Part shown: positions 21,900 through 31,462 of the stretch, in pieces | How positions within the stretch are numbered: position 1 is the stretch's first letter | Layout of the letters: every line of letters starts with the position of its first letter | Source: Candidatus Limnocylindrales bacterium | Lineage (GTDB): Bacteria > Moduliflexota > Moduliflexia > Moduliflexales > JAUQPW01 | Length of the DNA: 64,000 nucleotides | Reading direction: 5' to 3' | NCBI GenBank assembly: GCA_035559535.1 | Contig: DATMBG010000043.1 | Coordinates: forward strand, 1-64,000 | Notes under the pieces: generated by a model | What the model was told of the DNA's origin: nothing | Database searches by the model: none | What the model saw: only the letters and a program-made list of their open reading frames with translations | Translations under genes and position numbers: made by a program

Positions 21900-22453
21900 T
21901 ATTTTAACGCTTTGAGCATCGTTTTAAACTCTTCGGTTCCTGCCTTACCCAGTAACTCAAAAATCACTGTCTCGGTGCAGGTGATTAAAGCTCCTGCTTT
22001 TTCCATCTGGCGTAAGCCCGTTTCCCAACGATCCCGGGTCCTGGAACAGACTGCATCTTCCACAACTTGAACGCGATACCCATCCTGAAGGGCATCTAAA
22101 GCCGTCTGTAAGACACAAATATGGGTCTCCATACCCGTCAAAATAATCTGATCGACTTTGAGATCTTCCAGTTCTTTATTGAAGGCATCGGCCTGACAAC
22201 AACTGAAGGTCATCTTTTCAATGGGGGTGATTTTGGGAATTTCAACCGTGATCTCGGGAACCGTCCGACCCAATCCTTTGGGATACTGTTCCGTAACCAG
22301 TATCGGTATGTTAAACAGCCTGGCCGCCTGGATTAATAATTTTATATTGTGAACTACCTGATCTTTATCTTTCATGATAGCGGCCAATCGTTCCTGCACA
22401 TCGATAATGGCTAAGGCAGTATTTTCTCTGGTTACAATGAAAGGATGCCGCAT
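21899..22453 (-). CDS. Isochorismatase family hydrolase
   Basis: IIDVQERL, TEQYPKGLG, GMETHICVLQT. Confidence 0.92.
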   Translation of the reverse strand: MRHPFIVTRENTALAIIDVQERLAAIMKDKDQVVHNIKLLIQAARLFNIPILVTEQYPKGLGRTVPEITVEIPKITPIEKMTFSCCQADAFNKELEDLKVDQIILTGMETHICVLQTALDALQDGYRVQVVEDAVCSRTRDRWETGLRQMEKAGALITCTETVIFELLGKAGTEEFKTMLKALK

Positions 22454-22461
22454 TATTTAAA

Positions 22462-22695
22462 GGGTATGGGGGTGTGGGGGTTGGGAAAGTATGGGGGTGT
22501 GGGGGTGTGGGAGTATGGGAGTATAGAAGTATGGGGGTATGGTAGGGAAGTATGGAAGTATGGGAGTATAACCATTCTCTCACTTCCCCACTCCCACACT
22601 CCCATACTCCTACACCCCCATACTTTCTCACTTCCATACTCCTATACTCCCACACCCCCATACTTCCATACTCCCAAACCCTCACACCCCCACAC
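22462..22695. repeat. Inverted array of degenerate 8-mers (GTRTGGRR-like arm then complementary arm)
   Basis: G-rich arm about 22462-22568 and C-rich arm about 22585-22695; similar at 49141-49243. Confidence 0.85.
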
Positions 22696-22709
22696 CTCAT
22701 TTCTTTAAA

Positions 22710-24695
22710 TTAACCACTTGTACGGCCCTTGATAATATACTCTACCACGGAGGGATCTGCCAGGGTGGTGGTATCTCCTATCTGCTCAAATTCACCTTGG
22801 GCGATTTTGCGTAGGATCCGGCGCATGATTTTACCAGAACGGGTCTTAGGAAGACCCGGTGTAAATTGAATCACATCCGGCCTGGCAATAGGGCCTATTT
22901 CCTTTGCAACGTGGGCAATCAATTCCTTCTTTAGATCTTCACTGGGTTGGAATCCATCTTTTAAAGTGACGTAGGCATAAATACCCTGACCCTTGATTTC
23001 ATGGGGATAACCAACGACGGCTGCCTCGGTAACCGATGGATGGGAAACCAGGGCACTTTCAACTTCGGCAGTACCTATCCGATGACCGGAGACATTGATA
23101 ACGTCGTCCACACGACCCATCAACCAGAAGTAACCATCCTCATCCTTGCGGGCACCGTCCCCTGTAAAGTAGAGACCGGGGTACTGGCTGAAGTAGGTTT
23201 CTTTGAATCGTTCGTGCTGACCATAGACTGTACGCATGATTCCTGGCCAGGCTTCTTCGATGACCAGAAAACCTCCTTCGTTGATGTCCGCTTCAGAGCC
23301 ATCCTGGCGAATAACCTTGGGTTTTACACCGAAGAAAGGACGGGTGGCCGAACCGGGCTTGAGGGGCGTTGCCCCGGGTAATGGAGAGATGAGAATGCCT
23401 CCGGTTTCCGTCTGCCACCAGGTATCTACGATGGGGCAGCGGCTTTTCCCAACGACGGTGTAGTACCACATCCAGGCTTCCGGGTTAATGGGCTCTCCTA
23501 CCGTTCCCAAAATCCGGATACTGGAAAGATCGCAATTGTTTACCCAATGATCTCCCTTACCCATGAGGGTACGGATGGCCGTAGGAGCGGTATAAAACTG
23601 GGTCACTTTGTATTTATCCACGGTACGCCAGAAACGATCCGGATTGGGATAAACCGGCACACCTTCGAACATGGTCGTTGTGGCTCCGGCTGCAAGAGGA
23701 CCGTAGACGATATAACTATGGCCTGTGACCCAACCGATATCTGCCGTACACCAGTAGATATCTCCGGGATGATAATCGAAAATGAGTTCAAAGGTCTTTT
23801 TGACGTAAAGGAGATAACCGGCCTGGGTATGAAGAACTCCTTTCGGTTTACCGGTGGAACCTGAAGTGTACAGGATGAAGAGAGGATCTTCGGAGTCCAT
23901 AACCTCGGGCTGACAATAAGGCTCGGCCTTGGCCATCAGCTCGTCCCACCACAGGTCACGACCTTTAGTCATGGGGGTATTCTCCTTGTTACCCTGACGA
24001 TCCACCACCACACACCGGGTTACCGTCACGCCATTCTTCTTGGCAGCTTCCATGGCTTCGTCGGCATTTTGCTTCATGGGGATGAACTTACCCCCGCGCA
24101 TGGAAACATTGGAAGTAATCAAAAAAGTACAACCGGCATCGACGATACGATCGGCCAGGGAACTGGCTGAGAATCCACCAAAAACAACACTATGAATGGC
24201 TCCAATGCGGGCACAGGCAAGTAAAGCAATGGGCAATTGAGGAATCATAGGCAGGTAGATGGAAACCCGGTCCCCCTTTCTGACTCCCTGACTCTTCAAA
24301 ACATTGGCAAATTTATTTACTTCATCATAAAGCTGCCGGTAGGTAAAGGTCTGATCACTCTGTTCATCATCGGATTCGAAGATAAGGGCAATCTGATCGG
24401 CTTTATCCTTGAGATGACGGTCCAGACAACTCTCGGTAACATTCAGCTTACCGTTCAGGAACCACTGGATTCGGGCGTTTACAAAATCATATTCCCGGAC
24501 CTTGGTCCACTTTTCACGCCAAACAATCTCCTCGGCCCATTTACTCCAGAAACCTTCGGGATCCTCGATAGATTGTTTATACATCTGCTCATATTGTTCC
24601 ATGCTTTTGATATAGGCTTTTTCACTGAGTTCCTTGGGGGGAAAGAATTTTCGTTGCTCACCTAACAGGGATTGGAATTTTTCTTTCTCGGCCAT
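22710..24695 (-). CDS. acs: Acetyl-CoA synthetase
   Basis: [41 protein letters not shown] before MAEKEK. Confidence 0.97.
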   Translation of the reverse strand: MAEKEKFQSLLGEQRKFFPPKELSEKAYIKSMEQYEQMYKQSIEDPEGFWSKWAEEIVWREKWTKVREYDFVNARIQWFLNGKLNVTESCLDRHLKDKADQIALIFESDDEQSDQTFTYRQLYDEVNKFANVLKSQGVRKGDRVSIYLPMIPQLPIALLACARIGAIHSVVFGGFSASSLADRIVDAGCTFLITSNVSMRGGKFIPMKQNADEAMEAAKKNGVTVTRCVVVDRQGNKENTPMTKGRDLWWDELMAKAEPYCQPEVMDSEDPLFILYTSGSTGKPKGVLHTQAGYLLYVKKTFELIFDYHPGDIYWCTADIGWVTGHSYIVYGPLAAGATTTMFEGVPVYPNPDRFWRTVDKYKVTQFYTAPTAIRTLMGKGDHWVNNCDLSSIRILGTVGEPINPEAWMWYYTVVGKSRCPIVDTWWQTETGGILISPLPGATPLKPGSATRPFFGVKPKVIRQDGSEADINEGGFLVIEEAWPGIMRTVYGQHERFKETYFSQYPGLYFTGDGARKDEDGYFWLMGRVDDVINVSGHRIGTAEVESALVSHPSVTEAAVVGYPHEIKGQGIYAYVTLKDGFQPSEDLKKELIAHVAKEIGPIARPDVIQFTPGLPKTRSGKIMRRILRKIAQGEFEQIGDTTTLADPSVVEYIIKGRTSG

Positions 24696-24897
24696 GAAGA
24701 TTCCTCCTTTATACACAGAGCTTCTCACAAAGGTGCAAAGGACGCCCGGTCGAGGTGGAACCGTTTAGATCCTTTAATACCATTCCCCCGATGAGAATCT
24801 GGAAGTATCCATCGGTCTTGGCTTGAAACCCGGGGATTATCCCGCTTCCACCTGACCCTCTCTGCACCTTTACGAGAAATTAAATACACTAAAACCT

Positions 24898-24926
24898 CTT
24901 CTAGCAACTTATTATCTTTTGGTCAA
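24898..24926 (-). promoter_or_regulatory. Sigma70-type promoter for acs
   Basis: TTGACC-17 bp-TAGAAG on the minus strand. Confidence 0.45.
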
Positions 24927-24987
24927 TGAAAACCTTCAATAAAAATTTTTCTTGCATCGGGCAATTATCCCTTTTAAAATGAATTCT

Positions 24988-25758
24988 ATGGGTTTTAAAA
25001 AGACAGAAGCGTTTATAATCCGGTCTTTCGATATTAACGAGGCCGATAAAATCATTGTTTTTTATTCAAAATCCTTCGGTAAATTGAGGGGGATAGCCCG
25101 AGGGTCGAGAAAGTTGAAAAATCGGTTTGGAAGTAGTCTGGAGTTATTCACTCGGGTCCAGGTAAACCTCTTTGAAAAGGAAACTTATACCTTTCCTAAC
25201 ATCAGTCAGGCAGATATTATCGAGTCGTTTTCTGAACTGAGAGGAGATTTACGGAAACTCGCTTCAGCAGCCAGTCTGGTGGAGTTGGTAGATAAAGGTG
25301 TAGGTGAAAATGAAGAAAGTCCTCCGCTTTATGATTTAATCAGCCAGGCGTTGAGAGCGATGGTAGTATATCCCGAAGAGGAAATAGATAAGGTTCTTAT
25401 AACCTTTGAAATTAAATTCCTGACCCTGTCCGGCTATAGCCCCGTTTTGGATCGGTGTGCGCAATGCCGAAACCCCTTAAATACCCCTCGGGTTTTATTC
25501 AGCTTATCTAAAGGAGGTGGCCTTTGTAAAGGATGTACCGGGGAAGGAAACCCGGTTTTTCCAACCTCCTTACAAGCACTTCAGATCTTAAAACAACTTT
25601 TGAAGATGGATTTAGAAAAATGCCCTCGACTTAAGATCTCTGAAGAGACTCAAAGGGAAATCAAGATGCTTTTAAGGAGATGGTTGGATTTCTATCTGGA
25701 GGTTCCTCTAAAGGCTCCAGAATTTTTAGATTCCATAAGAAGATTAACCCAAGGTTAG
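24988..25758 (+). CDS. recO: DNA repair protein RecO
   Basis: EADKIIVFYS, GKLRGIARG, CAQC..CKGC zinc motif; upstream of glyQ. Confidence 0.92.
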   Translation: MGFKKTEAFIIRSFDINEADKIIVFYSKSFGKLRGIARGSRKLKNRFGSSLELFTRVQVNLFEKETYTFPNISQADIIESFSELRGDLRKLASAASLVELVDKGVGENEESPPLYDLISQALRAMVVYPEEEIDKVLITFEIKFLTLSGYSPVLDRCAQCRNPLNTPRVLFSLSKGGGLCKGCTGEGNPVFPTSLQALQILKQLLKMDLEKCPRLKISEETQREIKMLLRRWLDFYLEVPLKAPEFLDSIRRLTQG

Positions 25759-25771
25759 AAGTAATATTTGA

Positions 25772-25800
25772 TTGACAGCGTATAGGGATTGTGATACCTT
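25772..25800 (+). promoter_or_regulatory. Sigma70-type promoter for the ubiquitin-like operon
   Basis: TTGACA-17 bp-TACCTT with TG extension; RBS AAGGAGGT near 25847. Confidence 0.5.
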
Positions 25801-25860
25801 TAGAATAGGCCTTGACGATTTGGTAATAGGTTTATTCTTCAAAATTAAGGAGGTACCTGT

Positions 25861-26154
25861 ATGCAAAAGGTAATCGATGATGAAAGATCCTATACCCATC
25901 CCTTTGACCCTCTGAGAGAATCTGAGTCCTCTGCCGGGAGTACTTATACCATCATTCATAATGGTAAGCGGGTTGAAGTACCCGAATCCATAAAGACCGT
26001 TGGCCAGCTCAAGGAATTTTTAGGAGTTCCGGAAGATTATACTGTTACGGAATATACCGGTAATTCTACTTCTAAGCTACTGACTGATAACTTTAGTACG
26101 GAGAAATTAAAAGGCGTAAAAATCGCCACCAATCCCCAAGTGATCTCGGGTTAA
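25861..26154 (+). CDS. Ubiquitin-like (beta-grasp) protein ending in Gly
   Basis: YTIIHNGKRVEV..TVGQLKEFLGVP pattern; C-terminus NPQVISG; first gene before E2/JAB/E1. Confidence 0.7.
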   Translation: MQKVIDDERSYTHPFDPLRESESSAGSTYTIIHNGKRVEVPESIKTVGQLKEFLGVPEDYTVTEYTGNSTSKLLTDNFSTEKLKGVKIATNPQVISG

Positions 26155-26272
26155 ACAGCTTGATACTTATACGGTTAAAGACCCTCTATAGCGTTAACCT
26201 TTCAAAGGTCATAAACCTTTGAAAGGTTAATGTGGATTGTAAGGCTGTTGCACAGTCTTGAGGGGTTGTGCT

Positions 26273-26812
26273 GTGTTTAAACTGTTTAACTGGTATAAAC
26301 AAAACGTTGAGGAGATCAATCGTCAGTATCTTGAATTGATTAGACTCATAGGTACCGAAGAGTGCTTCCGTTTTTCTCATCCCATTGAATTACCGGCGTA
26401 CGAGACCAAAGGGATCTATGCCATGGCGGATGTACGTACTTCCAAAGATCAGAAGGGTTCTTATATCGAGGGGTTTGATTACATCTATCTCTATAACTGG
26501 AAATTGCCTGCGGAGTTGGCTCTTACCTGTGGAAAAGAAAGCCCAGTTACCCATGCACTGATAGAGCTACCGGTTACAGCCGGAAATAAGGGGGCCGTCA
26601 AAAATTACCTCATGCATATCGAAGAGGGGTTTAGCCGGCTTCTAGGGGAACATTATTTTCCTGCAACTTCTCGTCAGTCCCATCATGGAGACCTGGGATG
26701 GTGTTGGTCTTGTTTCCATGTCTATGCCGATGTGACCCTGGCGGAATATGTACGTGCAGCCTGGCATTGGTTCGCAAGACAGGCAGAGAAAACGAGAAAG
26801 AGATGGTGGTAG
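26273..26812 (+). CDS. Prokaryotic E2/UBC-like protein
   Basis: YIYLYNWKLP, ALIELP, GWCWSCFH followed by helix TLAEYV; GTG start after GAGGGG; operon context. Confidence 0.6.
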   Translation: MFKLFNWYKQNVEEINRQYLELIRLIGTEECFRFSHPIELPAYETKGIYAMADVRTSKDQKGSYIEGFDYIYLYNWKLPAELALTCGKESPVTHALIELPVTAGNKGAVKNYLMHIEEGFSRLLGEHYFPATSRQSHHGDLGWCWSCFHVYADVTLAEYVRAAWHWFARQAEKTRKRWW

Positions 26813-26813
26813 T

Positions 26814-27251
26814 GTGGTCCTTAAAATCTCAAGGGCCGATCTGGCTTTCCTTAAAAAGGCGCTTCGGTCACCAAAGGAAAAAGCTTACCTGGGTGCTGTA
26901 TCTAAAGAATTTAAACTGATTGAAATTTTAAAAGATACGAAAATCCAGCATAACGGACTTTTCCATGTTGTTGTAGACCCAGAACAGTGTGGTTCTTACC
27001 TCCAGTGGGTCCACGCTCAAGGATATTATCTGTTCCTTTTTCATACCCATCCCCTTTCTAAAAGAGCCAGATACTCCAGAATAGATAATACTTATCATCC
27101 CCAACTGGCTCGATACGGATTCTACGATAAAGAGGGTAATTATATCCAAAACAATGCTCTTGTTCGACTGTTATTTTCACGTACAGAATATCAGGCCGGG
27201 ATTTATTTAAAGGAAACCTATCAACCGGTAAGGATCAAAGTAGTGAACTAA
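26814..27251 (+). CDS. JAB/MPN (JAMM) metallopeptidase, deubiquitinase-like
   Basis: N-terminal Glu (PKE) and FHTHPLSKRARYSRID = HxH-x7-S-x2-D; GTG start next to the E2 stop. Confidence 0.85.
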   Translation: MVLKISRADLAFLKKALRSPKEKAYLGAVSKEFKLIEILKDTKIQHNGLFHVVVDPEQCGSYLQWVHAQGYYLFLFHTHPLSKRARYSRIDNTYHPQLARYGFYDKEGNYIQNNALVRLLFSRTEYQAGIYLKETYQPVRIKVVN

Positions 27252-27284
27252 TACACGGTTTACATAGTTTTGGCTTAGCGTTTA

Positions 27285-27346
27285 AGGGGCCTTCACCCCC
27301 GACCCCTCTCCCACGCTGTGGGAGAAGGGCGTTGGAGAGTGAAGGC
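27285..27346. repeat. REP-like hairpin (ccctcacccc...ccctctccc...gggagaggg family)
   Basis: Similar to 46227-46305; related elements near 13460-13515 and 57845-57890. Confidence 0.7.
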
Positions 27347-27375
27347 CGTCCTGGGAGGTCAAAATTAAGTAAATC

Positions 27376-28212
27376 GTGTACCGATCAACGCAGGGGTGTA
27401 AGGGTATAGAGATACGGAAACCAGGTAACAATGTTGCTACCTCCCCTTCTCTAGGCCCTTGCATCGAGATTAATTTGAATTTATTATTAGTTGGCCTTGG
27501 TGGAAATGGCTGGGCGCTGATGCGAAAATTAATGTCCTGGGAAAATATTGAGGTGGCCGTCATAGAACCCGATCAAATAGAATCCTCTAATCTCCCCAGG
27601 CTGATAGGCGCTACAGACCAACATGTGGGGTTTTATAAAACAGAAGCTTTCGAAGCCATATTCGGATATCGATTTCTGAAAAAAATTCAAAGTAAAGTCC
27701 AGGATTGCACGGAGAATTTTCAAGATTATGAGGTTATCGTTGCCTGTGTCGATAATAATGAAACCCGGCAATATCTGGCTATGGCTGGTCTTTACTTTAA
27801 GGTGCCCCTCTTTGACCTGGGGGCCGGAATCGTCATTCGAAATGGACAGGTCATCTTCAAGGGAGGCCAGATACGAATCCAACTCCCCGGAGAAGAATGC
27901 CTTTTCTGTATGGGGTTACCCTTACCCGTTTCCGACAGGAAAAAGGCTTTACGTCGAGCAGCCGGTTACCTGGATACCGGGGATCCCCAAGAAGAAATCC
28001 ACCGGAATCGAGGAGAGGAAATTTTAGCTATCAACGAAGCTCTGGTTGCACTGGCTCTGCCGGAGATCTTAACTTATCTGGATAAGGGTACGGTAACCAG
28101 CAAATATATTCGATTAAACTTGATCCAGAACCAGCAGGAGTTTATTCAAACAACGATCGTGCCCAATTGTATTTGTCAGGTCGAGAAACAGAACAAGGTG
28201 TATATCTCATAG
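27376..28212 (+). CDS. ThiF/E1-like adenylyltransferase
   Basis: LLLVGLGGNG, EPDQIESSNLPR, ACVDNNETR, CLFC, C-terminal CIC; start uncertain (GTG 27376 or TTG 27475). Confidence 0.88.
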   Translation: MYRSTQGCKGIEIRKPGNNVATSPSLGPCIEINLNLLLVGLGGNGWALMRKLMSWENIEVAVIEPDQIESSNLPRLIGATDQHVGFYKTEAFEAIFGYRFLKKIQSKVQDCTENFQDYEVIVACVDNNETRQYLAMAGLYFKVPLFDLGAGIVIRNGQVIFKGGQIRIQLPGEECLFCMGLPLPVSDRKKALRRAAGYLDTGDPQEEIHRNRGEEILAINEALVALALPEILTYLDKGTVTSKYIRLNLIQNQQEFIQTTIVPNCICQVEKQNKVYIS

Positions 28213-28297
28213 AAGTTAAAAGTCGGAAAATCAGAAACCGGGAGCCAGAAGTCAGAAGTTAAAAGCTTTTCCTTCCGACTCCGGACTCCTCTTCAGG

Positions 28298-29188
28298 ATG
28301 ACTTTTCAAGAGGTTATTCTAACACTCGAGCGATTCTGGGCTAATAAAGGGTGTATCCTCCTACAACCCTACGATATGGAAGTAGGAGCAGGAACCTGTC
28401 ATCCGGCCACCCTGCTTCGATGCCTCGGTCCAGAACCCTGGAATGTGGCCTATGTACAACCGTCTCGTAGACCCACGGACGGTCGTTATGGGGAGAATCC
28501 CAATCGCCTCCAACACTATTACCAATATCAAGTCCTGATGAAACCCTCTCCACCTAATCTCCAGGACCTTTATTTGGAGAGTTTATTCAATCTGGGCATT
28601 GATCCCCTGGAACACGATATCCGGTTTGTGGAAGATGACTGGGAAAACCCAACCCTGGGAGCCTGGGGACTGGGTTGGGAGGTCTGGCTGGATGGGATGG
28701 AAATTACCCAGTTTACCTATTTTCAACAGGCGGGCGGCATCGATCTTTTCCCTATTTCGGGTGAAATTACCTACGGATTGGAACGTATCGCCATGTATTT
28801 ACAAAAAGTTGATAATGTATTTGACTTAATATGGACGCCGGGTATTAAATATGGAGATGTTCATCATCAAGGTGAAGTGGAGTACTCCCGATATAATTTT
28901 GAAGTCGCCGATGTGGATATGCTGTTTCGCTTGTTTGAGATGTATGAGCGGGAAGCTCTGCGAGCTCTGGACAGAAAAATAGTTCTGGCCGCTTATGATT
29001 ACTGTCTGAAATGCTCTCATACGTTCAATCTTCTGGAAGCAAGGGGAGCCATAAGTGTTACAGAACGAACCGGATTCATCGCGCGAGTTCGAAATATTAC
29101 GAAAATGTGTGCCGAAGCTTACCTCAAACAACGGGAAGAAATGGGATTTCCTTTGTGTAAGTCGAAGGAAAAGCAGGTGGTTCATTAA
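28298..29188 (+). CDS. glyQ: Glycine--tRNA ligase alpha subunit
   Basis: [38 protein letters not shown]. Confidence 0.98.
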   Translation: MTFQEVILTLERFWANKGCILLQPYDMEVGAGTCHPATLLRCLGPEPWNVAYVQPSRRPTDGRYGENPNRLQHYYQYQVLMKPSPPNLQDLYLESLFNLGIDPLEHDIRFVEDDWENPTLGAWGLGWEVWLDGMEITQFTYFQQAGGIDLFPISGEITYGLERIAMYLQKVDNVFDLIWTPGIKYGDVHHQGEVEYSRYNFEVADVDMLFRLFEMYEREALRALDRKIVLAAYDYCLKCSHTFNLLEARGAISVTERTGFIARVRNITKMCAEAYLKQREEMGFPLCKSKEKQVVH

Positions 29189-29220
29189 TCCCTTTCTCAA
29201 CCCTTTTCTCCATCCAGATT

Positions 29221-30273
29221 ATGGGAAAGACAGGTGGGTTGAGTAGCAAATTGTTCATCCTGGCCATAGTGGTTTCACTTTATGGTTGTGGAGATTTCGA
29301 GAGTAGCCCGACTGAAACCGAACCCCTAAACGGAATAGGTACCTTGAACGGCCGAATTATCACCGATGCCGGAACTCAACTCTCTCAGGCTACTTGGTTG
29401 GAGAAAATATTTGCATGGGCCTTTACCTTTATATATCCCGCCGAGGCCGGAATCAATACAAGTAACACGGTGGGAGTTCCCGGCCTCCTGGTCCTGTTGC
29501 TGGATGAAAGAAATAATGAAATAAGTACCACGGTTACCGGGCAAAACGGTGAATTCGTTTTTATGGGTATCCCCTTTGGAGATTTCATCGTAAGGGTCAT
29601 GCAGGCCTCTAAAAATATCGACTTCCAGTTCGGAGTTAATATAACTCCTAACAAACCAGATCATTCCATCCTTTGTAAAATCGAAAAAATAAACGGAGAG
29701 AAAAACGTGATTGGAGAGGTTAACGGGGTCCCGGTTACCATCCATAATAACCTTACAGGGTCCCCCTTTTCGCTTCCTATTCCGGCTCCGGCTGTTGCTA
29801 CGCCCACACCAACTCCTCAAATGGTTCTATCCAATCCTTCAACTTCAGTCCGACTGGAACCCACTCCAACCCCTTATCGTTCCGAGTCAGTTCCCACACC
29901 GACTCCCTATCCGGCCACACCAAGCCCTATACCAACCTCCACGCCGACCCCAACACCGTCTCTCTCCACGCCGACCCCAACCCCTACCCCAACTTCCAAT
30001 GCAACTTCCACACCGACTCCCTATCTGGCTGCACCAAGCCCTACACCAACCTCCACACCTACCCCAACACCGTCTCTCTCCACACCGACCCCAACTTCCA
30101 ATTTAACTCCTACGCCGACCCCGACCCCTTCGGCAACTCCAACGCCTGATGTGACGCCCACGTCTACCCCGACCCCTTCGGCAACCCTAATGCCTAAAGT
30201 AACTCCCACCCCTACCTCGACCGTGGTTCCGCCCTTAAAGCGAATATTAACCGGAAATCAACAGAATAAATAA
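29221..30273 (+). CDS. Lipoprotein with prealbumin-like/carboxypeptidase-regulatory domain and Pro/Thr-rich tail
   Basis: SLYGC lipobox; [19 protein letters not shown]; duplicated PT-rich units near 29895-30095. Confidence 0.7.
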   Translation: MGKTGGLSSKLFILAIVVSLYGCGDFESSPTETEPLNGIGTLNGRIITDAGTQLSQATWLEKIFAWAFTFIYPAEAGINTSNTVGVPGLLVLLLDERNNEISTTVTGQNGEFVFMGIPFGDFIVRVMQASKNIDFQFGVNITPNKPDHSILCKIEKINGEKNVIGEVNGVPVTIHNNLTGSPFSLPIPAPAVATPTPTPQMVLSNPSTSVRLEPTPTPYRSESVPTPTPYPATPSPIPTSTPTPTPSLSTPTPTPTPTSNATSTPTPYLAAPSPTPTSTPTPTPSLSTPTPTSNLTPTPTPTPSATPTPDVTPTSTPTPSATLMPKVTPTPTSTVVPPLKRILTGNQQNK

Positions 30274-30308
30274 AAAGAAAAAGCTCCAAGTACCGAGGTT
30301 GCCAAAGA

Positions 30309-30343
30309 TTATCCACAAAGGTGTGGATAGAAGGTGTGGAAAA
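30309..30343. promoter_or_regulatory. Cluster of three DnaA boxes
   Basis: TTATCCACA (perfect), then reverse-oriented TGTGGATAG and TGTGGAAAA, each separated by 4 bp. Confidence 0.6.
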
Positions 30344-30439
30344 GAATGAGTATTTCCTTAAGAAATAGTAAGAAGAAATCATTGACAATAAAATTTATGT
30401 CAATTTATCTTAAAATAAGAGATTTAGAAAGATTAAGTT

Positions 30440-31345
30440 ATGTGGAAAAATCTAAGTCTTTTATCCGGGTTGAAGGCATATCTTCAACAATGTTGTCATA
30501 GGGAAGTTTCTCGTCTGATACGGATCTTTCGGATGTTTAAAGAAGATGATTGTCTGCTTTGGTCTTCTTCCATTTCCTTTTTCACCCTGTTTGCAATGCT
30601 TCCCTTAACAGTTCTGGCGTTTTCCCTTCTAAAGACTTTTGGGTTCTTTACGGCGTATCGGGAAGCCATTCTCAGTTTCCTTTTCAAGAATTTTTTCATT
30701 CAAAACGAACCTCGAGTTCAGGAGTATTTCACCCTGTATTTTGAAAAAGGGTACGAGGTAAACTTTCTTGGATTGATCTCGTTTATTATTACTTCGTTAT
30801 TTTGGCTAAGCTCTATTGAACACGCCCTTAACAACGTTTGGAAGGTGAAAGAGAATCGACCTTTTTTCCAGAGATTTCCGGCCTACTGGACTACCATTAC
30901 CCTGGCTCCGGTCCTGTTTGGAATCTCCTTTTATTTGTCGGCTAATATTAACAAATATTTTCATCTCTCTGAATCTTATGTGAGATATCTGTATGAGTAC
31001 ACATTGCCTGTTTTTTTATCCTGGTTCATTTTTTTTCTCATTTACAAACTTCTGCCCCGGCATTCGGTTTCAACCCGACCTGCCATCCTCGGCAGCCTGA
31101 TAGCAGCGATTCTATGGGAACTGGCCAAGCGGGCTTTTTATTACTATACCCATAATCTGGCGAACTACGAAAAATTATATGGTCTCTTAGGGGCCATTTT
31201 CTCTTTTCTCCTATGGACCGAAGTGACCTGGATTATTTTGCTTTTTTGTGCGGAGATTATATACGATTTAGAATACGGAGAAGATTATCAGACAAAGCTT
31301 GAGATCGAGGAAAACTCTCAGCTCATAAAAACTACAAAAGTATAG
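30440..31345 (+). CDS. YihY/BrkB family membrane protein
   Basis: SISFFTLFAMLP, IEHALNNVWKV, YEKLYGLLG, WIILLFCAE. Confidence 0.88.
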   Translation: MWKNLSLLSGLKAYLQQCCHREVSRLIRIFRMFKEDDCLLWSSSISFFTLFAMLPLTVLAFSLLKTFGFFTAYREAILSFLFKNFFIQNEPRVQEYFTLYFEKGYEVNFLGLISFIITSLFWLSSIEHALNNVWKVKENRPFFQRFPAYWTTITLAPVLFGISFYLSANINKYFHLSESYVRYLYEYTLPVFLSWFIFFLIYKLLPRHSVSTRPAILGSLIAAILWELAKRAFYYYTHNLANYEKLYGLLGAIFSFLLWTEVTWIILLFCAEIIYDLEYGEDYQTKLEIEENSQLIKTTKV

Positions 31346-31462
31346 TGAGTTTATCTTGACGTTTCCTTTAAATCATGTAAATCATGTCAGCTATAGGAGA
31401 CAGGGAAGGTATAAGATAAAGAGGGAGAAACTATTTCACTTTAAGGTAAAGGAGAGGAGGTT

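Noticed and set aside
22365-22708. ORFs 22365-22700 and 22445-22708, or a CRISPR array
   Set aside because: Translations of an 8-mer tandem array; no unique spacers
25861-28212. Sulfur-carrier (ThiS/MoaD-MoeB-Mec) biosynthetic operon
   Set aside because: An E2-like gene is present and no cofactor or cysteine synthesis genes are adjacent; disfavoured rather than disproven
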